A DNA stretch of 64,000 nucleotides from NCBI RefSeq assembly GCF_009914755.1, contig NC_060930.1. One strand, given 5' to 3'. Origin of the DNA: the human T2T-CHM13v2.0 reference genome, Homo sapiens. The notes under the pieces are model-generated. The model was not told the DNA's origin. It saw only the letters and a list, made by a program, of their open reading frames with translations, and made no database searches. The position numbers and the translations under genes are program-made. Numbering within the stretch: position 1 is the first letter of the stretch; the number at the start of each line of letters is the position of its first letter. Below, in pieces: positions 1-12,654 of this stretch.

Positions 1-1650
1 ACTATATTCAATTTTTATCAGGCAGATTGTATATCTCCATTTCTTTTGGATCATCTTCTGAGAAGTTATTGTGTTCAATTGGTGATACCATGTCTCTTTG
101 GCTTTTTATGTATTTATTGCCTTACATTATTGCCTGTGCATTTGAAGAAGTAGGAAATTATTTTAGTCTTTGTATAGGGCTTTGTCCAAGAAAGACCTTT
201 ACTTGTCAGCCTATCCAGATATTCCTGGCAGGTGGTTTGGCATAGTCTAAGAATGGGCTTGCTACTAGAATCATCAGGCAGGCTGGCCTGGTGCCTGGGT
301 TAAGTAGGTGGATAGACCTGGCACCTGGGTTTGTGGAGTTGGGTCTGGAACCTGGGTTCAGGAGAGTGAGTCTGGATCCTTTATCCATGGAGGTCAGTCT
401 GAAGCCTGGATCTACAGGGGCTGATCTTATAATGGGGTAATCCTTGAGCCTGAATCTGCAAGGGTAGTAACGCTCTTAGATGGGCACCAGGGTTAACTGT
501 GATGGATCTGGCACCTGGGTCCATGGGTGCTGGTCTGGTGCTGAGCTGGGCTTCATTCCTGTGACCACTGAGATAAGCCTGAAGCCAGAGTCCGTGTACC
601 ATGTACCCAAGTTCTGAGTCCTGGTACATGCAAGCTGGCCTGGAGCCTAATTCTACAGAAGTAGTCTTGGAACTTCAGTCCACAGGGTCCAGCCTGTTAC
701 CAGGGTCTATTGAGGTAGGCCTGGACCGTGGGTCCTCTAAAGTTTGGAGCAATGAGGACTGCCCTGAATTTGGGGTCAGCCTCCAGCAAGGGCTGGCATG
801 GAATCTGGGCCCATGAGGGCTGGTCTGGTACCTAAGACCACAGGCATTAACCCGGTGCCTGGAGCCATTAGGGCTGGCCTGGAGTCTGGAGACCGGGTCC
901 ATTGGTGTTGGCATTGAAGTGAGGGCTGGCCTGGGTCCTGAGTCTTCAGGGGCCAGCCTGGGACCTGGGAACACAGGGGTGGTCCTGGAACCTGGGTCCT
1001 TGGAGGACTTTCCAGTTCTAGACAGCTTTTTACCCTGGTCTGCTGGAGCAGGCCCGGAACCTGGGTCTGCTGGATTGTGGGGCTGCAGGGGCCAACCTGT
1101 AGTGTGGGCTGTGGGGACCTTCCTGGCCCTTGGGAGTCCTGGAGCCTGTGTCTATGGGTGTTCACCTGCTTTTTGAGGCCAAGGGTGCCACGAGGGCAGG
1201 CCTGAAGCCTGGGGCCTCAGGAGCTGGCTTGGCACCGGGGGTCATTGATACTCTATCTGTAGGGACTAGCCTGGAGGCTAGGCCTTTCGGTGACAAACTA
1301 ATGTCTAGAGTCACGCTGGCCAGCCTGGTGCTGGGGAGGGCCTGAATCCTGAGGCTGTGAGGGCTAGCTCAGTGCTAGGGCTCACCCAAAGACTGACTTT
1401 ACAGGGCATCCCTGGAACCTGATGCTGCAGAATCCTGGCTGGTCCCAGGGCAGGCTTGGAGGCTGAGTTCACAGATACCAGCCTGGAGTCATGGGCTTCA
1501 AGGGAAGCCTGGCACTGGGCAGCCTGCAGCCTATATTTACAAGAGCCAGCCTAGAGGCTAGGTCTGTGGGTGCCTGATGATTAGGGCTGCAAGAGTTGGC
1601 CTTGTGGGTGGGTATGGTGGGGCTGCCCAGAGACCAAGTGTGACTCACAG
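1..1650 (-). mobile_element. Ancient L1 (L1M-type) 5' end: GC-rich 5'UTR of degenerate ~28-30 bp repeats plus start of ORF1
   Basis: The reverse complement of 1-130 reads ~SQRDMVSPIEHNNFSEDDPKEMEIYNLPDK, resembling the old L1 ORF1 N-terminus. 270-1620 is built from degenerate 'ggctggcctggagcctgggtc' units. Confidence 0.7.
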
Positions 1651-1905
1651 GCACAAATCATATCTTTTAAAAGCAAATTTTAGAAAATTAACCATATAAA
1701 ATCTGCGAGCCAAAAGTGATTCAAAGAAATAATACTGAAAATTAAGTGTCTGTGATACTGTAAAAACTGAAAATTAGCCAGTCTGTGATTAAATTAGGTC
1801 AAAATCTAAAAAGTTAACTGGAGGAAAAAATCAATATCTAGAAATTAATAAATTATGTTTATAACACATACCAAAGATATATCTTAGGTTAAAATCAGTA
1901 AACAC

Positions 1906-2266
<361 letters not shown>

Positions 2267-2305
2267 TTATCATTGGAAGTTAATCTGTTTAAGAAGTCAG
2301 GACAT

Positions 2306-2603
2306 GGCCGGGCGTGGTGGCTCACACCTGTAATCCCAGCACTTTGGGAGGCCGAGGCAGGCAGATCACGAGGTCAGGAGATCGAGACCATCCTGGCTAA
2401 CATGGTGAAATTCCGTCTCTACTAAAAATACAAAAAAAAAATTAGCCGAGCGGGGTGGCGGGTGCCTCTAGTCCCAGCTACTCGGGAGGCTGAGGCAGGA
2501 GAATGTCATGAACCCGGGAGGCGGAGCTTGCAGTGAGCCGAGATGGCGCCATGGCACTCTGGATGCTGGGCGACAGAGCAAGACTCCATCTCAAAAAAAA
2601 AAA
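2306..2603 (+). mobile_element. AluY-type
   Basis: 'atcctggctaac' and 'gcggagcttgcagtg'; poly(A); imperfect TSD aagaagtcaggaca / aggaagtcaagaca. Confidence 0.92.
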
Positions 2604-4837
2604 GGAAGTCAAGACAGGAAATAATTAATATAATAAATTTATATAAAGTAAAAATAAGCATATAACACTAAAAGCAGAAAGCAATAAAAAAGTTGATTAT
2701 AAATGATCAATAAAGATAAAATTGTAATTTGAACTAATTTGTTCCTAAAATATACAAATTGTTCCTTTAATGATTAGAATTTTTGAGAGAGAGAGAAAGA
2801 GAAAAAAATTAAGAATTAAACAGAGATCAACCCAACAGGTTCTATAGATATTAAAATGATAATAACGGATACTATGAACAATTTTGCATCAATAAATTTG
2901 AAAAGTTAGGTGAAAGGAACAAACATTTGCATATAGTAATAAAACTTTCCAAAGGGACTCAAAAGGATACAGAAATCTGAATCATCCTATATTCCTTAAA
3001 CAAATTCAAATAATGATTTAATTTATCCTCACACATGAAACACCAAATCCTTACTATTCAACAGAATTAACAAAATATTCAAGACAAATTAGTTCCAATG
3101 TATATAAGCCCTTCCAGAGAATTAAAAGTGAGGAAATATTTTCCAATTTGTGAGTATGGAAAAACCATAATACTAAGACAAACTTGGACAGTAAGAGATA
3201 GCAAATTAAGTAATCAGATTCATTATCATAAATACAAACGCCTAAAAACAGTATTATACAATTTAATATATAAATATATAAAATAAACATATTATGCTCA
3301 AATTAGATTCATTTCAGAATTTTAATGTTTATTTCAAATTTAAAAATCCGTTAGTGAAATTGATAGTATTGGACAAAATTCAACATTTGCTCATAATTTA
3401 TTATTCTGGAAAGCTAGGGGTAAGGACATCTCCCTTAACTTTGGAAAAGGTTACTACAAAAATACAAACAACAATAAAAACAACTCCAGCACAGAAGAAG
3501 TATGACTATAAAAAGTCTAAAATAATTCCTCTAAGACCAGTGAAAGGACAAAAGTGTATGCTAACACCACTTTTATTCAACATTGTATCAAGGTCCCAAG
3601 TAGCACATAAAACTAAGAAAAAAAAAGTATTATAGGGATTGTCTTGTTTCTATATTGTCCTATTTCTACGGAGAAAACTTGCAAGCATCTACAAACATAT
3701 TATAGATCTTATCAAGCTGAATCTGAAATCTACATAGAACAATAAAGAGTTAAGAACACTCAAAAATAGTCTGAAAAGGAAAAATATACGAGGATTTTTC
3801 CTACCAGACAAGAAGGTTCTATAAAGTTATAGTACCTAAGACTGAAGTCTGAGTGCAAAGGATGACAAAACATAATAAGAAAAACCAGCTAAGGATATTC
3901 ATATATATGGAAAATTCAGGCATATAGAAGTGAAATTACAGAATGGTGTGCAAATTACACAGCAGTCAATAATGATGCCATTACAATTGGCTATGTAGCA
4001 GAAAAAATGTAACTGGATTGGTATATAACACTCATATATAATATAAAATTATATTTGTATAAATTTAATTTGTATATAACACTAATAATATGAAAATTAT
4101 TTCTGTATAGATTAAATACTTAAAAACGTTAAAATATTGAAAGAAATTATAGAGTTTGTAATCTTGGGAATTATTTTTTAATGACAAAATAGACACTGAT
4201 TAGTTTCACCAATATAAAAATTAGTTTCATATCTAGACACACCATAAGAAACTGAAAAGATAACATTTATTTTTGGAGAGGATATTTACAGCACATATAA
4301 CCAAAAAAGCAAACTAGATTGTACATCATAAACAACAGTATCAAAGGTAAGAAAAGATAAACCTAATAGAAAAATGAATGGAAGATTTAGACTAGCAGTT
4401 CACAGCAAACTAATCCAAATATAAGGTAAACTAAACTATGAAAAAGAATCTAACTTCAAAAGCAATCAAAAAGTGTTCCTTTTAAATATATAATTTATTT
4501 CTCACACGTAACATTTGCACAAATTAAAATGTTAAGTGTTACCAAGTATGTAGAGTCATGTGAACAGTTATTTGCACCATTAATAATCATACAATTTCAC
4601 ACAATTACATTGAATATTAATTTAGCAATAGTAAGTTGAAAATGCAAATACCTTACAGCTCAGTAAATATGTTTCCTAATATTAATACTCTAGAAACAAT
4701 TATTTTACAAGTTCACAAGTGGACATGGCCAATGAATGTTCTCTAATTGTATTTTTTCCCATGGAAATGACAAATATATCTACTAATAAAAGAATGTTTA
4801 CATAGACAGTAGTATTTTCAAGAAATATGATACTGTC

Positions 4838-5062
4838 GCAGGGTGTGGTGGCTCACGCCTGTAATCCCACCACTTTGGGTGGCTGAAGCGGGTGGATCAC
4901 CAGGTCAGGAGATCGAGACCATCCTGGCTAACACGGTGAAACCCCGTGTCTACTAAAAATACAAAAAATTAGCCAGGTGTGGTGGTGGGCACCTGGTGTA
5001 GTCCCAGCTACTCGGGAGGCTGAGCCAGGAGAATGGCGTGAACCCAGGAGGCAGAGCTTGCA
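4838..5062 (+). mobile_element. AluY, 3'-truncated and tail-less but with a TSD
   Basis: AluY diagnostics; ends at 'gagcttgca'; flanked by aagaaatatgatactgtc (4820-4837) and aagaaatataatactgtc (5063-5080). Confidence 0.9.
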
Positions 5063-5406
5063 AAGAAATATAATACTGTCCCAAAATGAAAATATAGGAA
5101 TCACACCTCCATACATCAACATGGATTAATCTCACAAACGTTGATGGAAAAAAAATTAGGTTTACATCAGTTATGTAGTATATAAAATATGCAAGATTAT
5201 ATCATACAATGCTTAATGATAAATATATTTTTAAATAAAAATAAGAAGGAAATGTGTCAGTATCATCAACACCAATTCCAAAAGTTATTTTCCTCAGGGA
5301 AAAGGACGTCATAAAACGTGATTGGGAAGATGTTCATTGAGTGCGTGGAGGAATGAAGGAGGACTTCCTCCACAGTCGCAATATATACAATTCTATTGTT
5401 ATGGGG

Positions 5407-5562
5407 TTTTCTTTTAGTGACAGAGTCTCACTCTGTTGCCCAGGCTGGAGTGCAGTGGCACAATCTCGGCTCACTGCAGCCTTGACCTCCCAGGCTCCAG
5501 CGATCCTCTTACCTCAGCCTCCCTCGAAGTTAGGACTCCAGGTGTGTGCTACCACACCTGGT

Positions 5563-5596
<34 letters not shown>

Positions 5597-5690
5597 TTTT
5601 GTAGAGATCAGGTCTCACCATGTCACCCAGGCTGGTCTCGAACTACTGAGCTCAAGCAATCTTCCCACCTCAGCCTTTCAAACTGCTGGA
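5407..5690 (-). mobile_element. AluJ with (TG)n in the linker
   Basis: AluJ-type 'cactgcagccttgacctcccaggctc..gcgatcctc'; (TG)n at ~5570-5596. Confidence 0.88.
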
Positions 5691-7431
5691 ATGTTCCTTG
5701 TTTTGTATGTATGTTTCATAATTAATTTTTTTGATAGTAAAAGTAATTTATCCTCAAGGAAAAATAGATTTCTTGATATCTGGATATATCAGTTAGTGGA
5801 AAGCAATCTTCTAACAGTAAATATGTTGTCCAGGCTGGGATAAGCATTGCTCCATGGAAAAAGCCCAGGCTTCCAAAGGGAAAAAGTCACTCATGGAGAA
5901 TGGGTGCAGGTTCACTTCCAGTGGAGGCCTCTGTCCCCATTACAACTGCGGGATGTTTGTTTTTTTGAGGCTGCCCCACTTACCTTTCCCAAAGGGCTTT
6001 GTTTCCAAGGGCTTATTGTGCTATTATTACCTGTGTGTATGCTCCTTTTGCGAAATATCATGAGGGAAAGAAAAATATTATCTCTTCATTTTGGAACAGG
6101 AAGATAAATCAACAAACATGTATATTCTATATATCTGTTGTAGCTGTGTAATCTGATACGTGACATCCTGATATGGGACATTCCAAACATCAAACTCAAA
6201 GGTTCATAACTTTAGAGACAATAGCTGTGACACACGCACAGAGATGGAGACCTTAATTTCAAAGAAGCTGCACTGTGCATGACTGTCCATGACAATTCTC
6301 TAGACGGACGGAGCACAACAGCTTAGCCATGTGTGCTGGAGGCCTGCTAAGTACACAGACACACAATTGGCGCTCTTGGTTTTATCAGTGGCTTTATGTG
6401 GCTGCCTTCACATGGCTGTGAGCTCACAGAAAACTGTGACCACAGCAAGCAGGGGCTGCAGGAGGTTTTGCTAATGAATTAATGACGAGGATGAGGCAGT
6501 ACTAGGTGGCAGTGGATGAAGGACCCAGGAAGAGGTTTTAGGTTATTAGGATTTTGTTAATGTACATTTTTAACAGGATAGATTTTCCTACACTATGACA
6601 AGACCTGTTAACACAGCTGCTAACAACAAAGGATTTAGAATGAGATGAGAATAGGTTTTAATTTCCATTATTCCTGGCTGAGAGCCCTGGGGCGAGTTGC
6701 TTACCCAGTGATGTTTTTGGTAACGTGGGGATGATGTCTTCTGAGGCAGAGCAGTGTCTGGTGAGATTGAGGTCACGTAGTGCGGTGTTTACAGACGGGA
6801 TCTGGCACCCAGTGAACACTCAACGACAGCTGTGTGTGCGTGTGCCTGTGTGTGCGTTTTGGAAGGAAGGGGAAGAATAGTCCATGAACGGAAAGGTAAA
6901 GTTTGTTCGTGGTTGAGGGTGCCTGGAAGGGAGGTGGGTGGGCAATAGCAGAACAAAGAGCCTGAAAAGGAACTTGGGGCACATTCCAAAGACCCCTGTT
7001 CTAAATGCCTTGCGAAGGTGAAGGCAAGGGCCACCATTTAGCATGCCCGGAACAGGGCTAAAGAGGGGAGCCCTTTCCCTAGGGCCATTGCCATGTAAGG
7101 TACGGGGCATCACCTTTTTCTGACTGAACAGCTCTATAAATAGTCACAGGATATTTTCTGTAAATAGTCATCCTTACTCCCAGTTCAGCTTTGTACCTGG
7201 TTTCCTTTTCCTCACCTCACCGTACAACAGGAGGCACAATGTATCCACTTTGTTCGCCTGGAAGGCAACAGAATGATCTTAAAATAGTACCCATGGCAGG
7301 TATGACTGAGGAAACGGGGTCCAGGCGTGTTGCAGGCACATATGTGTGCACTGGGGTTTGGGCATTGGGAAACACAGAGCTGCTTTCCATTAAAAGAAGA
7401 CTAAAATGCAAATGCAGATACATAACTCCGC

Positions 7432-8423
7432 CACACACTCACACAAAACACCACACACTCACACATGCCTATAGCACACACACATAACATCACACACTCA
7501 CACATGCCTACACCACACACTCACACATAACACTACACACTCACACATGCCTACACCACACACTCACACATAACACTACACACTCACACATACCTACACC
7601 ACACACTCACACATAACATCACACACACACGCCTTCACCACACACTCGCACAAACCTCACACACATACACATAACATCACACACACATGCATACACTACA
7701 CAGTCACACAAAACACACTCACACAAACACCACACATTCACACATGCCTACACCACACACTCATACGTAACATCACACACTCACACATGCCTACACTACA
7801 CACTCACACATAACATCACACAGTCACACATGCCTATACTACACACACAAAACACCACTACACACTCACACAAAACACCACACTCACACATGCCTAAGTT
7901 ACACACTCACACAAAACACAATCATAACATCACACACATGCCTACATCACACACTCACACGTAACATCATACACACGTGCTCACACTACACACTCACACA
8001 AACACCACACACACAAAACACCACACACTCACACATGCCTATACCACACACTCACATATATAACATCACACACACATGCCTACACTATACACTCACACAT
8101 AACCACACACTCACACATGCCTACACTACACACTCATACATACCTACACACACTTATACAGACCTACACCACACACACATCATACACACACTCACACCAC
8201 ACACACACACTCACCACACACTCACCTATACCTATACCACACACATACAACACTTCATACTCACACATGCCTACACTACACACTCACACACACACTCACA
8301 TATACCTGCACCACACATTTACACAGAACATCATACACTCACACATGCATACACACACATATAACACAAGCTCACAACACCACACACACACTCTCACATG
8401 CCTACACCACACGTTCACACACA
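7432..8423. repeat. CA-rich degenerate minisatellite (~40 bp unit like cacactcacacatgcctacaccacacactcacacataacat)
   Basis: Visible tandem reiteration over about 1 kb; the His/Thr-rich ORFs here are artefacts. Confidence 0.92.
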
Positions 8424-9622
8424 AGATACAGAGAGAAGAGTCTGGCGCCTGCTTCCTGACAAATGGTGCCTCCTTCTATTTGCTGATGAGTTTGAGGAAA
8501 ACCTCCTTTCAGTTCAGCGTAATACGTTAATGTGGCAGCTTGATGCCATTAAGTACTTCTAGAACATTTTTGACTGTTATACTCAGTTAAAAGTCAATCT
8601 AACTATGGGGTCTAAAATTAGACACACGTCTATCTCATCATCTTCAGACACTGTCAATTTCTCATGATTTAACTTACATTGCCTTTTATTCTTTATATCT
8701 GCTCTTTTCTGTGTATTTTCTCATGCAAGTATCCCATACACCCTAAAAAGTGGATAAAAAGAAGAATCTTAACAAATGTTAGTATAGAAATGACAGGGTG
8801 AATCCATAGTACCATCTAGAGTCTTGGCAGATCATGACAATCTTTCTAATAAGCAAAGCATTCTTTTACTCTCCGAGAAATTTTGAGAGGTTTGAGAAGA
8901 AAAATAATGTATTTTCTTCATTTCATCAGTGTAGCTCTAAAGAATTAAATCTATGTATGCTGACAGTCATCACTCCTACAGAATCTTTTCATTTCCCAGA
9001 AACGCCTCTACTTTTCAATCATCAGACCACTAAGATATTGCTGAAAGTAATTGGGGTATTACAGGGCCTAGTTTTTACCATGTGAAATTCTATCCTAGAC
9101 ATCAATTTCTGATTATATATCCTGGAGAAAGAATATTTTAAAATGTTACATAAAAAATAATCTTATTAAATATGGGGAAATATTCAACTGGTTGTTTAAG
9201 CAAATGAACCTTAAATCAAAAATCGGGTTTGAGTGCAAAGTAAAGTGTGCTAAAGAAAAGCAAAGAAAGAAAGAAATACAAAGTGTGAATGATTTTTTTC
9301 ATATGCTCCCCCGTTTCTGTTAAAATGCATTTCCTTATTTCGGGCAAGCTGGCTGTCCCTGGCAGTGTATCTGCCTGTTAGGAATATCTCCTTTTTGCAG
9401 AGTTGCCTAAAGCTATCAGTGGTCCCTGTTTCCTCTGAATTAATGTCATTGATAAGCGGTAAAAGGGAGAAATGTTGGCAATATATGATTATAGATTAAA
9501 TGATGCAATTTCAGGGTCAGTTCTACAGAAAGCACTTATAAGACTCTGGCAAGTGAAGATGAATGGAAATGAAGGAGTGCATTTTCAACAGAGCCTGGTG
9601 CCCGCCGGCTTCCAAGGCTCTG

Positions 9623-9636
9623 CTGCCATCTGCTGG
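9623..9636 (-). promoter_or_regulatory. Candidate CTCF site
   Basis: Minus strand CCAGCAGATGGCAG matches the CTCF core CCASYAGRKGGCRS, inside a small CpG-rich patch (9598-9665). Confidence 0.6.
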
Positions 9637-11689
9637 CCGCGGCGAGGCACGGGCGTGCCCGGCCACACACTTGCTTCTGCTGTCTCTCATTAAGAGAACA
9701 GTTCTCATTTTAGGTCGCAGCTTACCTTCGGCATCCACAGACCTGTCAATTAGCCCTCTCCCTGTATTCTGATTCATTTCCAGCAGCAGACGTGCCAAAG
9801 ACTGGCAGGAACTCAGGGAAATATATCCTGAGCACAGGTGGTATGTTGAATATGCCTTGGTGCTTTATTTGAACTAACCAACTGATACATTTAAACAATA
9901 TAGGCATGAGACGGAGGGGGAAACTAGGAGACAGAACTGGCGATAAATTTGAGGTAATTATCTAAAATTGTTGCTTTACGATTTGTTTTCTTTGTCCCTA
10001 TGCTGTCAATAAATGCATACGTTGCATTTTGACACTAACGTAATTTAGTTAAAATCCAGGAATGCGTTCGGCAGCTGCTTTTCCAAGTGTGCACACACAG
10101 CTTCTCTCAGGAACCAAGAGTCACTGCCTCCCCTCCTCTCCTTCCCATCTCAAGGGTGCTGGAAATAAATTTGATGCGGTAGGTCTAATTTTATTTTATT
10201 TTTTTAAATTGACTCAGTATTTGATTTCTCCCTAGAGACTCACTGCTACCTCTAGGTCGAGATGAGATTTCTGTCGTGCATTAAGCTAATTTGGATTGTG
10301 AATGAATACAAGTCCAGGAAGTCGATTCTGAGACCCGATACCCTGCGAGGGGAGTGCAGGATAAGCAGGAGAAATTAATTAGCGCTGCCTTAAGCAGTTT
10401 TACCGACGCAGGCGGGACTGTGGTGGAGCACTGGAGATGCTGCGAGCCCTGAGCTGCCTTCACAGCCTTGTTGGGTGTGCTGCTGGATCACACTGCATGA
10501 GAAATGGAAGCAACCTATCTGTAAAGAGCCTGCAAACCTCAGGACGCTCTGGAAGCCAGTGGAATAATTACAGTGGGATGAGGCTGCAAGTCCCCTTGCT
10601 TCCTGAGCTGCATTCACGGCTGTGTGAAGGGGAGAAAGGAATACATTTGAGGTCTTTTCATGGAAGACACAGATATTTTAATGTTGCGATACCATCCAAC
10701 AGGGTGAGCTGAGAGAACCAACACTAAGAGTTTCACAGATAGAACACCACTATTCCCTGTGTAAAACAGGAGGTAGGCAGGCGTAGGCCTCCCCTGGAAA
10801 ACAATGTTTTAAGAGCTCATAAATACCTAGAGGTCAAATCATCCTCGTTTCTAGTGTTTGTATAGATATTTCCAATAATATATTTAGTGGGCTCACTTTT
10901 TTATTTTGTGCATTTATCCTGGTTTATTGTTTATTTTTCCTGAATTATTGGCCAATGAATATTTATATTAGAACAGAAAAAAATATATTCTAAAATTAAT
11001 GTCATAAAAATAAGTTACATCAGTTAGATGTCCTCTGCATGAGAAAGGGATAAGATGGATTGCTAAATATCCCCTGGGGCTGAGCCAGCAAGACTAGGAC
11101 TGCACACCCCTCATCATTAGCAAGGACACAAAATCACGGAGGAGACCCAGTTGGCCAGGGCAGACCAGCCAGGCAGTGCTGTGTCAAACGCATGATGAAT
11201 GTGGTGGATGCATTGAGCTCTCTTCCCAGCTGAGGAGTTAAAGAGAAACATTTAGTAAAAAGGGCCAGGATTTAGTCACAATGCTACCCTCTCCCGATAG
11301 AATAATTAAGCAATGAACACAGCTGCACATTTCTGGAATGGACACTGCGAGAAAGGTGTAGTTTTTCCATGTTGTATGGCATTTGTTTTCTTGCAAACAG
11401 GCAAGCACGGGCTAGGACTGTTTCTACGCCTGTCTGCACTGTGATATGCACTGTCTTCGCTGCAGAAGAGCACCACAATGCTGCCTTCATATTCCAGAAC
11501 ATGCCAGGCTCAGTTTTCTTTCTTTAAGTCCTCATTTTCTGCTTAATGTGCATACTAGGGCTAAAAAAGCCTAACTCCTATTTTCTCCCTTCTCCTGAGG
11601 TCCTTCTGGGTCAAGATGGCTCCGGGCTGACAGGGTTGTGGGAAGGCACGGTCTGGCTCTAGTCTGATTCTCCAATCAGAACACAAGAC

Positions 11690-12110
11690 AGTGAGTGTTA
11701 AGCTGTCCTTTCCGCTGCTGAGTGACCTTGGAGGACTCATTAATCTCTCTGGCCCCAGTTTCCTAATCTCTATGGTAAGGGAAATGGCGGCAGAGCTCCT
11801 CTCAAACGTCAGTTATAAAGCTAAGATAAGCGTGTATCCAGAAAGCAGTTAAGAACGGTACAGTTGCTCAGTGTTGTAGCTGTTATTCCGTTTAACTTAA
11901 ATTTGTTGAGCATCTGGCATAACCAGGTACAAGAAAATATCACGTTTAATCGCAAGAACAACTCGGTCAGATTGATATTAATGTCTCCATTGGGGGAGTG
12001 AGGGATCTGTGTCTGACAGAAGTTAAAATGTTGTGTTTAAGGTCACACAAGGAGAGTGATGAAGCCTGCATGTTCACTGTGGACTCAGAAGCCACTGGGC
12101 TTTGTCATGT
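11690..12110. mobile_element. Two MIR fragments (one +, one -)
   Basis: 'gtgaccttggaggactcattaatctctctggccccagtttcctaatctctatgg' resembles the MIR core, followed by an antisense core 'gaagttaaaatgttgtgtttaaggtcacacaagg'. Confidence 0.6.
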
Positions 12111-12199
12111 TGCCCTCTGCCCCCACCATTCCATAATAGAGAAAGGGATTGAGCCCTGGAAGTTATATCATTTAAATATCTTGAGAGTATAAGAGGTGG

Positions 12200-12480
12200 A
12201 AGCAATTTCTCCCAGCTGGGTGGAGACAACATCGCTAATTCCTGAGAGGGGTGGACATGTGTTCCAGGAAGAGGGAAGACCTTGAGTAAGTGTCTGGAGG
12301 TGAGAGAACAGGTAAGTCTGAGAAGAGGAAGGTGATGTCCATGTCATTGGACCGTTTTTGAGGGTACATGCAGGAGAATATGTGTGACTAAGAATTGTAA
12401 ATGTTGTTTGAGGCCAAATTTGGAGAGATTTGAGTGCCAGGCAGGATTAGGATTTTAATCCCTCAGCCACCAGTGTTTTT
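12200..12480 (-). mobile_element. L2 fragment
   Basis: Purine-rich L2-like 'gtgttccaggaagagggaagac...ggaggtgagag...ggattttaatcc'. Confidence 0.45.
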
Positions 12481-12654
12481 GGTGCAAGGTCAATACACAC
12501 TCAGTGCTGTATTCCAACAGCAATGTATACAATTTATTACAGAGAAGGGAGGTGACCAGCTACCAGAGTATCACAACTGCAAGAAGCTGAGGTTTTGTGG
12601 TACTGGGGAAAGAGGAGTGATCCACAGGCCTTACTAATTCTCTCCCTTCCAGAC

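Noticed and set aside
270-1650. GC-rich repeats with Pro/Gly-rich ORFs (collagen/mucin-like or CRISPR-like)
   Set aside because: The units are degenerate, with no constant repeat/unique spacer pattern, and adjoin an L1 ORF1 start; an old L1 5'UTR explains them best.
6495-6515. CTCF-like gtactaggtggcagtg
   Set aside because: It lacks the conserved 5' CC of the core and is too weak without binding data.
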